A stretch of 64,000 bases of DNA from the NCBI GenBank assembly GCA_016282835.1, contig JAEELR010000068.1:1380-65379 (forward strand), written 5' to 3'. Below the pieces are notes generated by a model. It had not been told where the DNA came from, searched no databases, and worked only from the letters and a program-made list of their open reading frames with translations. Every line of letters starts with the position of its first letter. Within the stretch, counting starts at the first letter, position 1. This DNA is from Treponema sp. Its GTDB lineage: Bacteria; Spirochaetota; Spirochaetia; Treponematales; Treponemataceae. The translations under genes were made by a program, and so were the position numbers. Below are positions 50,736 to 60,778 of this stretch, in pieces.

Positions 50736-50806
50736 TACTTCATCTCCTCCCATTTCCCATTACTTAAAGATTAAGACATTATTTCCTTACGGTCAAGTTT
50801 TTAAGT

Positions 50807-51673
50807 TTACGCTCCATATTTTTTCTTGCTTCCCATAAATTTCTTCAGGAAGTTTGAAACTCCTGCATCAGGAGAAATTTCTGTTTTTTCGATGCGGCCA
50901 ACAATATGCTTTAAACACATTGCAGGCTTAGAAGTTGGATTTACTATAATGAATGGCTTTTGCCTGATTACAGACGCCTGGACTACAGGGTCATCATAAA
51001 TAAATCCAATGTATTCAACTTTATAATTTAAGAACTGTCCTACTATTGTAATGATTCTGCTTGAAATTCTTTTTCCTTCATCGCCGGAATGAACTTTGTT
51101 AACAAGCAGTTTAATATTAATCTGTCTATCATCTAATTCAGTAGCAATAATTTTTATAATACCATAAGCATCTGTAATTGCTGTTGTTTCCGGAGTTGTA
51201 ACAACATAAACTTCATCAGCTGCTGCAACAAACTGAAGAACACTGTTTGCAATTCCTGCACCTGTATCAATGATGATGATATCTGCATTTGAAAGCGAAG
51301 AAAACTCTTTTGCAAAATACTCAAGCTCACTCTTAGTTAAGTTTGCAATGTTAGAAAATCCGTTTGCACCCGCAATGAATTTAATGCCGAATTCTGTATC
51401 AAGAATTATTTCACTCATCTGTTTCTGATGATTCAGGACATGCATCAAGTTATACTTTGGAACAATATTCATAATTACGTTTACATTTGCCATTCCCAAA
51501 TCGCCGTCAATCAGAATTACTTTTTTTCCTAACTGTGCATAAGCAATAGCCATATTAACTGCAATATTTGTTTTTCCTACACCGCCTTTTCCGCTTGTAA
51601 TTGCAATTATTCTGGTTTTATGTTCTTTATCTTTACCCATTAATGCTTTTAATTCTCTTGCCTGGTCTTCCAT
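50807..51673 (-). CDS. flhG: MinD-like ATPase FlhG
   Basis: MEDQA..L, SGKGGVGKT, DGDLGMAN, IDTGAG, TTPE. Confidence 0.93.
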   Translation of the reverse strand: MEDQARELKALMGKDKEHKTRIIAITSGKGGVGKTNIAVNMAIAYAQLGKKVILIDGDLGMANVNVIMNIVPKYNLMHVLNHQKQMSEIILDTEFGIKFIAGANGFSNIANLTKSELEYFAKEFSSLSNADIIIIDTGAGIANSVLQFVAAADEVYVVTTPETTAITDAYGIIKIIATELDDRQINIKLLVNKVHSGDEGKRISSRIITIVGQFLNYKVEYIGFIYDDPVVQASVIRQKPFIIVNPTSKPAMCLKHIVGRIEKTEISPDAGVSNFLKKFMGSKKKYGA

Positions 51674-51689
51674 TTTTTACTCCCTAAAA

Positions 51690-52946
51690 TTATTCTTCTT
51701 CACTGCCATATCTTTCGTTGAGATACAAATCATCAACTCCAAAGCCCTGTAATTTTCTTAAAAAGAATATTTTAGAAGCTTTTTCTATGGTAGCAGGAAC
51801 ATCCTGTCCGTTAGTTATATAAGATATAGCTTTATTTTTTTCTGCAAGAACGCTGATTAAATTTCCATAAGTTGAAGATTCATCACACTTTGTAACAATC
51901 ACACTCTGGAAATTAAAGGTTTCGTAATTACGCAAAATTGTTTCCAGATTTTTTGAATTAATCCCGGCAACAACTGCAAGATATGTATCACTAACCATAT
52001 TCTTTACTTCAAGATTCATTCTCATCTTTGCAATGTTTTCATAATCATTCGGACTGTAGCCGCTTGTATCAATAAAAATATAATCAGAAATATCGCAATA
52101 TGATTTATACAGAAGCTCAAGGTCTCCAGGTCGTTCTGCTTTATCTACAGTGCTGTTAATGATTTCTGCCCAGTGCTTTAACTGTTCCATAGCAGCAACT
52201 CTTGTAACGTCAATTGTAAGCATTTTAATCTTAGGAGGAATTGATGATTCCCTGCGTGCTTTTAATGCAACCTTTGCAGCAAGCTTAACCAATGTTGTAG
52301 TTTTACCGACACCAGTAGGGCCAACAATTACAACAACCTTTGGAGGTCTCATAGGGCGGGGTTCTGCAATTTTTATATCAGCTGCAATCCAGTCGAGCAC
52401 AGTTAATCTTAACGAATTATAATCTTCGAGTGCTTCTACAGAAAATTCTTTATTGATTCTTTCAACTATTTTTTCTATATAAGTTTTTGTGAAATCATTG
52501 TCGTACAGAATATTTTCTATTTTAGTTACATTGGCATGCTTTGTATGAGAAGAATAGTTTTCAAGCATAGTACCAAATTTCTTTTCCAGATTATCCTGAA
52601 CCTGCTGAAGCTGATCAGTAAGAGTTTTTATAGTTTTAGAATTTGTAGCATCAATAGTATCCAGAAATTCATTTTGTGCGTGAACAGTCATACTGTTTGG
52701 AATTTGATAAGCTGAATTAGATGGAGTTGAGCCATAATTTTGCATGGGTGAATATTGCATGGCAGAATTAACTAAATGATAGTACTGAGAAACACCCATT
52801 GTAGCTTTCCTAAAAATCCCCCTTCTAATTACAGTCTGCTTCCAGTGATCAAGTACATAATTTGATCCATGTTTTTCTGTAATTATTCGAATACATTCAT
52901 CTCGTGTCGGTGCATCAACACTTAAAATCGTATTAGTATTATTCAC
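51690..52946 (-). CDS. flhF: SRP-type GTPase FlhF
   Basis: GPTGVGKTTT, R.AA.EQL, DTSG, TKCDE, GQDVP. Confidence 0.93.
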   Translation of the reverse strand: MNNTNTILSVDAPTRDECIRIITEKHGSNYVLDHWKQTVIRRGIFRKATMGVSQYYHLVNSAMQYSPMQNYGSTPSNSAYQIPNSMTVHAQNEFLDTIDATNSKTIKTLTDQLQQVQDNLEKKFGTMLENYSSHTKHANVTKIENILYDNDFTKTYIEKIVERINKEFSVEALEDYNSLRLTVLDWIAADIKIAEPRPMRPPKVVVIVGPTGVGKTTTLVKLAAKVALKARRESSIPPKIKMLTIDVTRVAAMEQLKHWAEIINSTVDKAERPGDLELLYKSYCDISDYIFIDTSGYSPNDYENIAKMRMNLEVKNMVSDTYLAVVAGINSKNLETILRNYETFNFQSVIVTKCDESSTYGNLISVLAEKNKAISYITNGQDVPATIEKASKIFFLRKLQGFGVDDLYLNERYGSEEE

Positions 52947-55065
52947 TTATTTCTCCTAATGATTCCACTTTTATATTATTTCCAGCCGCAAGAACTTCGC
53001 TAAGAGAAAGTACCACAGTACCCGGCATTTCTCTTTCAATTGATGACTTTACCAGATATCTTACATCGTCTGCACATAAAATAATTGGCAAATAATTTCT
53101 ATTTCTTACCTGTGCAATTGCAGAACTTACTGCACTAATATAATTTCTGCCATCAACAGGGTCGAATGCAACATAAGGTCTCATATCACTGAAATTAGCA
53201 CTGTGAGCTAAGATTTTTTCAGCGAGTGCCTGGCTCAAATTCAGTACATGCAAAGTCTTACTTTCATCAACATACTGCATGCAAATCTGAGCACCCAAAG
53301 CCTGGCGAACTTTTTCTGACAAAACATAAGGATTTTTTGTGATTCTTCCAAAGTCAGCTAAAGTTTCAAGAATCGTAACCATATCAGAAATGCTAACCAT
53401 TTCAGACAAAAGATTCTTCAGGACAGCTTCAATTTCTCCGTAAGTAAATTTATATTCTCCGGATAAAACTTCATCTACAACTACAGGATTTGATTCTTTA
53501 ATCTGATCGATTATATTCTTTACTTCCTGCCTGCTTAAAATTTCAAACGCATGCTTACTGATTAAATCCTGCAAATGAGTTGCAATAATTGTAGGCGGAT
53601 CAATAACAGCATAGCCTGCACTTTCAGCTTCCTGCCTTCTGTCTTCCGTTAACCAGATTGCATCCATGCCGAAGGTAGGCTCTTTTGTTTTTTCACCAAC
53701 GATTTGTTTTTCTTCAGGGACGTTGCCGGTATTTATGCACATATAATGACCGAGCTTTAATTTACTGCGGCCAACTTCAATGTTTCTGATTTTAAATGAG
53801 TACTCGTCAGAAGGAAGCTCAATCTGATCTACAATATGAATAGGTGGGACTACAAGACCTAGATTAAGTGCAACCTCGCGACGAACTCTTTTAATTCTCT
53901 CAAGAAGCTCAGCGCCCTTTTCTTTTTCAACCAAAGGAATAAGTGCATAACCGATTTCAAGCGATAAATCATCAGGCTTAGTTGTATATTTTAATTCATC
54001 AGTAGAAGCTTTCTGTGTATCAGTTTTTGCCTTGCCTTTCATTTCTGCTGCTAAGGCAAGTTCTTTTTTCTTTGAATTAACAAGCCTCAATCCAAGGAAT
54101 ACCAGTAAGGCTGATGAAGGGAACAAAACAAAACTTGCTGAATTATGGAATGCAACTGCCAGTACAGCCAAAGTTGCTGCAACAATCAAATACAAAGTTC
54201 CATCAACTGAAAACTGCTTCTTTAACTGATCAGAAAGAATTTCTTTTTCACTTGTTCCAGTTACTAAGAGTGCTGTAGAGAATGAAAGCAAAAGTGCAGG
54301 CAGCTGACTTACAAGACCGTCACCAATTGTTAAGAGTGCGTAGGCTTTAAATGCTTCCTGCATGGAAAGACCGCCGCCAATCATTCCTGTAATTACACCG
54401 CCAATTAAATTTACAACGGTAATAAAAATTCCTGCCTTAACGTTTCCGCTTACAAATTTTGAAGAACCGTCCATTGCAGAATAAAACGCATTTTCCTGAC
54501 GAAGGGCTTCCTTTCTTCGCTTAGCTTCATCTTCTGAAATAAGGCCCGCATTCAAATCATTCTGAATGTCAAACATTTTGTTATTCATACTGTCCAAAGT
54601 AAAGCGGGCACTAACTTCCGAAACTCTGTCGGCACCTTTTGTAACAACAAGGACCTGAACAACAATCAGAATAATGAAAATTATAAAGCCAACAACAAGA
54701 TTTTCGCCGGCAACAATCTGCGCAAAAGTCTTAACCATTGAGCTCTGTAAATTATCTATGCTTAAATTTCCAGTTACAGGATTTATTAAAATATTTCTTG
54801 TAGAAGAAACATTTATTGCAAGACCAAATAAAGTAAGTATCAGGACAACTCTTGGGAATGCAGAAAAATCTGCCGCGCGTTTTAAATAAATAACTGTCAG
54901 CATAACAACAAATGCAACAGTCAAATTTAAAACCATAGCAATATCAATTGCAACCTTGCCGAGAGGAATAAACATAAAGAGAACAATTAAAATTAAAGAC
55001 ACAGGTACGATATTATCTAATAGAAATGGAAATAACTTCCCCGTACTCTGTTTGCTTTCTGGCAT
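52939..55065 (-). CDS. flhA: Flagellar export gate protein FlhA
   Basis: KGADRVSEVSARFTLD, FYSAMDGSSKFV.G, LTIGDGLVSQLP; start at ATG 55065. Confidence 0.96.
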   Translation of the reverse strand: MPESKQSTGKLFPFLLDNIVPVSLILIVLFMFIPLGKVAIDIAMVLNLTVAFVVMLTVIYLKRAADFSAFPRVVLILTLFGLAINVSSTRNILINPVTGNLSIDNLQSSMVKTFAQIVAGENLVVGFIIFIILIVVQVLVVTKGADRVSEVSARFTLDSMNNKMFDIQNDLNAGLISEDEAKRRKEALRQENAFYSAMDGSSKFVSGNVKAGIFITVVNLIGGVITGMIGGGLSMQEAFKAYALLTIGDGLVSQLPALLLSFSTALLVTGTSEKEILSDQLKKQFSVDGTLYLIVAATLAVLAVAFHNSASFVLFPSSALLVFLGLRLVNSKKKELALAAEMKGKAKTDTQKASTDELKYTTKPDDLSLEIGYALIPLVEKEKGAELLERIKRVRREVALNLGLVVPPIHIVDQIELPSDEYSFKIRNIEVGRSKLKLGHYMCINTGNVPEEKQIVGEKTKEPTFGMDAIWLTEDRRQEAESAGYAVIDPPTIIATHLQDLISKHAFEILSRQEVKNIIDQIKESNPVVVDEVLSGEYKFTYGEIEAVLKNLLSEMVSISDMVTILETLADFGRITKNPYVLSEKVRQALGAQICMQYVDESKTLHVLNLSQALAEKILAHSANFSDMRPYVAFDPVDGRNYISAVSSAIAQVRNRNYLPIILCADDVRYLVKSSIEREMPGTVVLSLSEVLAAGNNIKVESLGEISE

Positions 55066-55100
55066 AAGTCCCCACCCACCCAAATAAAGCTATATACCAT

Positions 55101-55200
55101 ATTATAACACTAATTATCAACAAATGTAAAACACAATTTACATAATATAGGAATATTTTAGTGATTTTTCGATTTTTTCTTGATTTTTTTTAGGATATTT
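55101..55200 (-). promoter_or_regulatory. Internal sigma70-type promoter for flhA with upstream phased A-tracts
   Basis: TATAAT at 55101-55106 with TTTACA 18 bp upstream; A-tracts at about 10-bp spacing at 55155-55200. Confidence 0.5.
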
Positions 55201-55217
55201 ACAAAAAATTTGAGATT

Positions 55218-55913
55218 TTAGAGATTTTTCTTATTCAAAATTGTTTCAGCAAGAAGTAAATCTTTCTCATAAGTTATTTTGATATTGTCACTTTCACCTT
55301 CAACAATATGAACTGTAATTTCACTCATGTATTTTTTTACAACACTTGAATCATCAGTTGCAATAAAGTTTTTATCCTGCAGGGCTCTTGAATAGGCTTC
55401 CTTAATTACATCCCAGTGAAAGGCTTGTGGAGTCTGGACATTTACTAAAGATTTTCGTTCAAGAATTTCTTCTACTTCATTTTGACTATTTATCTTTACA
55501 ATTGTATCTGTAGAAGGAAGTGCAACAGTCAGCGCTTTATATTTTTCCAGGGAATCAATGCATTCATTTATAATTTTCTGCGATACAAAAGGACGGACTG
55601 CATCGTGAAAAATTAAATTTACATTTTCATTAAAGTGATTTATTGCAGCTAAAGAGGAGTCGCTTCTTTCTTTGCCGCCATTAAGGATTTTCTTTACTTT
55701 TAAATATTTTTTTTCATCAATAATTTTTTGCAGGTAATCTATATACTGTGAATTGCAGACAATTAAAATTTCATCAATGCGCTGGTTTTCTTCGAACGCA
55801 GAAATTGAATACTCTATAATTTTTTTGCCGGCGAGGTCCAGAAATTGTTTTGGTAAAGCTGAGCCTAAACGTTTTCCGCTTCCACCGGCTAAAATTACTG
55901 CAACATTTTTCAT
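55218..55913 (-). CDS. IspD/TarI-family cytidylyltransferase
   Basis: ILAGGSGKRLG..LPKQF, GGKERSDS, HDAVRP, QTPQAF, TDD, NIKITY. Confidence 0.9.
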   Translation of the reverse strand: MKNVAVILAGGSGKRLGSALPKQFLDLAGKKIIEYSISAFEENQRIDEILIVCNSQYIDYLQKIIDEKKYLKVKKILNGGKERSDSSLAAINHFNENVNLIFHDAVRPFVSQKIINECIDSLEKYKALTVALPSTDTIVKINSQNEVEEILERKSLVNVQTPQAFHWDVIKEAYSRALQDKNFIATDDSSVVKKYMSEITVHIVEGESDNIKITYEKDLLLAETILNKKNL

Positions 55914-57586
55914 AAGGTATATTTTACTGTAAATGTAAACTGGAAGTTATTCCATTTTGTATAATATTTATTTTCTTCCCAATACTTGTTATATAAAGGG
56001 TTTACAATGTAATCATACACAAAACCTGCACCTAAGTTTAAATCAGGCAGTACAAAAAAATCTGTTGAAATACCAAGTACGAGCTCGCCTCTGAAATAAT
56101 TCCAGGTTCTGTTATGCAAGTCAGATGTATCGCCTGGTTTATCAGTTCCAATTGATTCTCTAAACAGAGAGTTATTATCAGGATTAAAGCGGTGTATAAA
56201 GACAGAAGATTTTCCTTTTTGATAGTATAAATCAAAACCTACAAACTGGCTGTTTCCGCCGTATCCAATTCCAGAGCCCAGCCACTGACCTCTGTTTGTA
56301 TATCCCTGTGTTATTTCATGATGGAAGCCGAATGAATAATCCCACTGTACCTGCATATCCTGAGACATTTCAGTATTATTCCATTCAAACACAAGCAGGC
56401 CCTTTAACTTTTCATTAAAATCAAAACCTTTTTTCATTCCAAAGGTGAAAGTCATTGTATGCCAGAAATGAGTAACCAGTGAATTAATATTATCATGAAC
56501 ATCATTTGCCCTGTCATCAATTCCAACTTCTGTATAACAGGTAAGCTGTCCTTTTGTTGATTCAAATTCTGCTGTTAAAGAAATTTTCTGATCTTCATGG
56601 CCATTCTCAAAATAGAAAGGATTAAGATATTTGACAGAATCATCACCCCACTTAGAAAGACAGACTTTATTTGCTCCTAAAATCAAACCAGGTAAAAATG
56701 AAGGTGCGTATGAAAAGGTAAACAAATTTATCATGTTGTAGTCATTTGTTTCATCACTGTCGTAATAATCTGATTCTGTAAGCTGACCAACAAATACCCT
56801 GGCTTCAATATCACCTAAATAATAATCAATTCCCGGAATGACAACTTTCTGCTTTTTCATACCTATATCAAATTTTGGAAAAGCAGGAGCATTATTTGAG
56901 AAAAACAAAGGATTTACATCAGCACAACCGAGCCATACACTCTGCCAGCCAAAACCCAAAGTTAAAGAATTCCATGTATAGCGGATTTCTGTATCTCCCA
57001 ATGAAAAATCAAAAAACGCTTTGTCGCCAAAACGCTGTGGACAATCGACTCTACCGCTCAAATCTTTATATTTCCAGAAATATCCATAAGGACTTTCATA
57101 AGCTGATTCCATAATTTCATATTCGAGGTTCTGACTGAAAGCAAGCTGAGGTTTAAAAGTTAAAGACAAACCATAATACTCAAGTCTGACACCTGTAGTA
57201 AAAGAAGCATTGTATCCTCTGCCCTGCCATAAAACTCCATCGTATCTTCCATAAGGAGCTTTTGTGTTTACAGAGTTAAATAATTCGAAACTATAAACTT
57301 TAAGCTTAAAGGAATTATCAACACCCCTCAAAAACAAATTCTTTTCATTTGCGTTTTTATCTAAAAAGACAAATTCAGTCTGTAATTTATTATTACTCCA
57401 TAATTCATTTGAAGAAGAATCATATACGTTGTCACTTAAAGATCTATAATTTAAATAAGGGCGCTCAACATTTCCCTGAAGAGAAAGTAATTCAAAATAT
57501 AAAGCTTGTGTTGATTTTAAAGCTTCCTGACTAAAAAGAGGAGCTAAAAACAATATAACTATTAACTTTAAAAATGCTTTTTTCAT
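55910..57586 (-). CDS. Capsule-assembly Wzi-like outer-membrane protein
   Basis: Signal peptide, DG.LWQGRG.N, D.PQRFG, SNNAPAFP, GYTNRGQWLG.GIG.GGNSQ, C-terminal beta strand FTVKYTL. Confidence 0.7.
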   Translation of the reverse strand: MKKAFLKLIVILFLAPLFSQEALKSTQALYFELLSLQGNVERPYLNYRSLSDNVYDSSSNELWSNNKLQTEFVFLDKNANEKNLFLRGVDNSFKLKVYSFELFNSVNTKAPYGRYDGVLWQGRGYNASFTTGVRLEYYGLSLTFKPQLAFSQNLEYEIMESAYESPYGYFWKYKDLSGRVDCPQRFGDKAFFDFSLGDTEIRYTWNSLTLGFGWQSVWLGCADVNPLFFSNNAPAFPKFDIGMKKQKVVIPGIDYYLGDIEARVFVGQLTESDYYDSDETNDYNMINLFTFSYAPSFLPGLILGANKVCLSKWGDDSVKYLNPFYFENGHEDQKISLTAEFESTKGQLTCYTEVGIDDRANDVHDNINSLVTHFWHTMTFTFGMKKGFDFNEKLKGLLVFEWNNTEMSQDMQVQWDYSFGFHHEITQGYTNRGQWLGSGIGYGGNSQFVGFDLYYQKGKSSVFIHRFNPDNNSLFRESIGTDKPGDTSDLHNRTWNYFRGELVLGISTDFFVLPDLNLGAGFVYDYIVNPLYNKYWEENKYYTKWNNFQFTFTVKYTL

Positions 57587-57594
57587 AAAGATAG

Positions 57595-57623
57595 ATTATA
57601 AAAGAGTATAAAATTTAAGACAA
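57595..57623 (-). promoter_or_regulatory. sigma70 promoter of the Wzi-like/IspD cassette
   Basis: TTGTCT-17 bp-TATAAT, 8 nt before the ATG. Confidence 0.65.
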
Positions 57624-57635
57624 TATAAATTTTAT

Positions 57636-57677
57636 AAAATGTGGTAACGCAAAAATGAACGGACAGCCTGTCTTTTC
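57636..57677. repeat. Internally deleted remnant of the 34.6 kb element
   Basis: AAAATGTGGTAACGCAAAAA resembles 34614-34633 (AAAATGCGGTAGCGCGAAGA); GCCTGTCTTTTC is identical to 34721-34732. Confidence 0.55.
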
Positions 57678-57680
57678 AAA

Positions 57681-58778
57681 CTATGATTTTGCCTGTTTAT
57701 CAAGGTAATGAATCTGTACATAAACAGTACTTATTGCTTTTAAATAAGAGTCCGGAATTTCACTTCCTATTTCAACATCATTATACAAGCCTCTGGCAAG
57801 CGGTTTATTTTCTACAATAGGAACATCATTTTCCCGGGCAATTCGTTTCATATTCTGAGCAGTTAAATCTTCACCCTTTGCAGTAACCTGAGGCGAATCG
57901 TACTGCTCCCGTTTCCACTGAAGTGCAACGGCGAAATGCGTAGGGTTTGTAATTACAACATCCGCTTCACGAACAGCTTTGGGCATATTTTTTGAAAGCA
58001 TTTCTCTCTGTGCTGATTCAAGATGTCCTTTTACTTCCGGGTCACCTTCGAGTTCCTTGTATTCCTGCTTTACTTCCTGCTTGGTCATTTTCAAGCTGTC
58101 AATAAACTGTTTCCTCTGCATGAAATAATCAGCAATCGCAATTAGTATTAGAACAATTGAACTGATAATCAACAGCTTAGAGACCATTTTTCCAACCTGG
58201 CTTAAAGCAGCATTAGGTCCGTCTGTATGTAAAAAAGCAAGTGTCTGGTTTAAGTCCGAGCGGATTAAAACGAATGCAATTATAGAAATAAGGGCAACTT
58301 TTAAAATCGATTTGAATATATTAAATAAGCCCTGCATTGAAAACAGAGTGCGCTTAAAGTATTCACCGAATTTAGGAAGGATTTTATTAAACTTTGGAGT
58401 TATAGTTTTTGTAGTAAAAAGAAAGCCTTTATTCTGAATCAAGTTTGCAACAACGCCTGCAACAATGCCGACTACAGAAACTGGAATTACCATCGTTAAA
58501 AAGAATTTCAGAAAGACCATATAAAATTTCTGGTCATTTACTTTTTCTGCAGTGATATTATTAAAGTAGTAAATCAGAATTTCCATGCACTTTTTTTTCA
58601 TCCATGGTGCCAGAAAAATAAACACAATGGAAACGAAAAAAAACACAATCATTCCGTTTAGTTCCTGGCTTTTGGCAACGCGCCCTTCTTCACGAGCTTT
58701 ACGAAGTTTGTGTTCTGAAGGCTGTTCAGTCTTACCTTCATCTTCAGCAGCGAACCACTGTAAGTCAATCTGAGACAT
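57681..58778 (-). CDS. flhB: Flagellar export switch protein FlhB
   Basis: DLQWFAAEDEGKTE.P, KMTKQEVK.E.KE.EGDP, NPTH autocleavage motif. Confidence 0.96.
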   Translation of the reverse strand: MSQIDLQWFAAEDEGKTEQPSEHKLRKAREEGRVAKSQELNGMIVFFFVSIVFIFLAPWMKKKCMEILIYYFNNITAEKVNDQKFYMVFLKFFLTMVIPVSVVGIVAGVVANLIQNKGFLFTTKTITPKFNKILPKFGEYFKRTLFSMQGLFNIFKSILKVALISIIAFVLIRSDLNQTLAFLHTDGPNAALSQVGKMVSKLLIISSIVLILIAIADYFMQRKQFIDSLKMTKQEVKQEYKELEGDPEVKGHLESAQREMLSKNMPKAVREADVVITNPTHFAVALQWKREQYDSPQVTAKGEDLTAQNMKRIARENDVPIVENKPLARGLYNDVEIGSEIPDSYLKAISTVYVQIHYLDKQAKS

Positions 58779-58779
58779 T

Positions 58780-59595
58780 CTATACCTTCCCCATCTGTGC
58801 AAATAATTTCAAAAGCTCTTTAAAGCCATTATTAAATGTATAGTAAAAGAATTCGTAGAATGATGGAATGAGTAAATATATTACAAAAAATGCTGTAAGA
58901 ATAAGAATCGGAAATCCTTCGCTTAAAAGATTCATCTGTGGTGCTGCCTTAGAAAGTATTCCGACAGTTACATTTATTAAGAACAGCGTTCCCATTAAAG
59001 GAAGTGCAATAATCAAAGCGTCCCTGAATAAAAATGTTAATGAAGACATAATGAATTTTACAAAGGCAGAAGAACAGTTAACCAGAGAAAAGGCGTTTAT
59101 TGAAGAAAAACTTTTTACCAGCCCCTGCAAAAATAATTTCTGAAACCAGTGATTCTGCAAAAAACATAAGGTTGCAACAAAATTTAAAAACTGACCGAGC
59201 AAAGGATTTTCTACCTGGCTTAAAGAATCGTAAACTTCGCTGGCAGTAAAGCCCATTTGAAAAGCAAAAAACTGACCGGCTGTACTGAAGGCTGCAAAAA
59301 TTATCTGAACAAAAAAACCTAAGATTAAACCAATCATTGCTTCACCGATTATGAGAAAAACATAATCTAAATTGAATGAGCCCGTTGAACTGATATACGA
59401 GGCATAAGATTCATACACTCCAGACTTAAGTGAAACCTGCGGGAAAATAAAACAAGCCATATATAAAGCAAGAGCAACTTTTACTTTTCTGGGAGCAGTT
59501 TTACTTGAAAGAAGCGGCAGTACCAGAATACACGCAAGACATCGCGCCATAATTAAAAAGAAAACCGGTGCTCCTGAAACAATCTGATTAAGCAT
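58780..59595 (-). CDS. fliR: Flagellar export protein FliR
   Basis: AGQFFAFQMGF, KAAPQMNLL..GFP. Confidence 0.94.
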   Translation of the reverse strand: MLNQIVSGAPVFFLIMARCLACILVLPLLSSKTAPRKVKVALALYMACFIFPQVSLKSGVYESYASYISSTGSFNLDYVFLIIGEAMIGLILGFFVQIIFAAFSTAGQFFAFQMGFTASEVYDSLSQVENPLLGQFLNFVATLCFLQNHWFQKLFLQGLVKSFSSINAFSLVNCSSAFVKFIMSSLTFLFRDALIIALPLMGTLFLINVTVGILSKAAPQMNLLSEGFPILILTAFFVIYLLIPSFYEFFYYTFNNGFKELLKLFAQMGKV

Positions 59596-59618
59596 AAAAC
59601 CTTAAACCTTTATTTTTC

Positions 59619-59888
59619 TCACCTTGCCATTTGAGGAATAAGTTCCATAATCCTTGTAAAATACTGGCCTGTAGAAGAAAACATCCAGCCGGAAAGTAAT
59701 GCTATAAGTAAAAGAATAATTAAAAGCTTTGGTAAAAACGTTAAAGTCTGTTCCTGGATTGAAGTAGTAGCCTGTAAGATTGCAACAATAAGACCAACAA
59801 TCAATGCGGCTCCTAAAACTGGTGCGCAAATCTTAAATACCTGCCAGATACCCTGCTGTATAATCTGTTGAATTGCAACTAAAGACAT
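59619..59888 (-). CDS. fliQ: Flagellar export protein FliQ
   Basis: GLIVAILQATTSIQEQTLTFLPK. Confidence 0.96.
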   Translation of the reverse strand: MSLVAIQQIIQQGIWQVFKICAPVLGAALIVGLIVAILQATTSIQEQTLTFLPKLLIILLLIALLSGWMFSSTGQYFTRIMELIPQMAR

Positions 59889-59914
59889 TTTATTCTCCCA
59901 CCCCTTTTATAAAG

Positions 59915-60772
59915 TTACCTTACAACGCTATTGAATAACTGAGTTGTTAAAAGTCCCCAGCCATCAACCAAAACAAAAAGCATTAATTTAAATGGCATGG
60001 AAATCTGAACCGGAGGTAACATCATCATACCCATACTCATAAGAATACTTGCAACAACCATATCTATTACGATAAACGGTATATAAAGTAAAATACCGAT
60101 TTTAAATGCAACAGTTAATTCATGAAGTATATAGGCAGGAATCAGTACATAAGTTGGAACTTCAGTTAAGTTTTTAGGCTGAGGTAGTTTTGCCATTTTT
60201 GTAAAAGTCCCGATGTAAGAATTATCGCCTGCCATCTGTGCATACATAAACAGACGGACAGGAGCTTCTGCTTTTGTATAGGCTTCTTCTAAAGTGATTT
60301 CATTATTTGAGAGCGGCCTGAAGGAATCGTTATAAACTTTTGAAAAGGTTGGCCACATGCAGAACAAAGTCATGAATAAAGCGATTCCATTCAAGACTGC
60401 TGTAGGAGGAACCTGCTGCAAGGAAAGTGCACGCTTTATAAAATCTAAAACTATTGAAAACCGCAAAAAGCAGGTCAGTAAAATCAAGATACTTGGTGCA
60501 ATCGTTAAAAGTGTTAAAAGCAAAAGCAGCTGAACACTGAAAGCAACTTCTTTTCCTGTTCTTGGAGATGTAGCTGTTATGGAAAGATTCGGAAAATCAA
60601 TGGCACCAGTTCCGCGAGTCATTTCCGTTCGGCCCTGTGTTGAACCTTGCGGAAAATTCTGGTTCTGGGAACTTTGAGCACTTATGTTAAAAGCACAAAA
60701 CAAGATAACAAATACAACCAAAAGATATCGCTTAATATTTTTTTTCAAAAACTCTTTAAACTTCATACACAC
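59915..60772 (-). CDS. fliP: Flagellar export protein FliP
   Basis: QQVPP, LIPAYILHEL..AF.IG, PFIVIDMVVAS.LMSMGMMMLPP, LFVLVDGW. Confidence 0.96.
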   Translation of the reverse strand: MCMKFKEFLKKNIKRYLLVVFVILFCAFNISAQSSQNQNFPQGSTQGRTEMTRGTGAIDFPNLSITATSPRTGKEVAFSVQLLLLLTLLTIAPSILILLTCFLRFSIVLDFIKRALSLQQVPPTAVLNGIALFMTLFCMWPTFSKVYNDSFRPLSNNEITLEEAYTKAEAPVRLFMYAQMAGDNSYIGTFTKMAKLPQPKNLTEVPTYVLIPAYILHELTVAFKIGILLYIPFIVIDMVVASILMSMGMMMLPPVQISMPFKLMLFVLVDGWGLLTTQLFNSVVR

Positions 60773-60778
60773 ACCAAT

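Noticed and set aside
59602-59829. 75-aa ORF overlapping fliQ on the same strand
   Set aside because: It is an alternative frame of fliQ, which has the conserved motifs.
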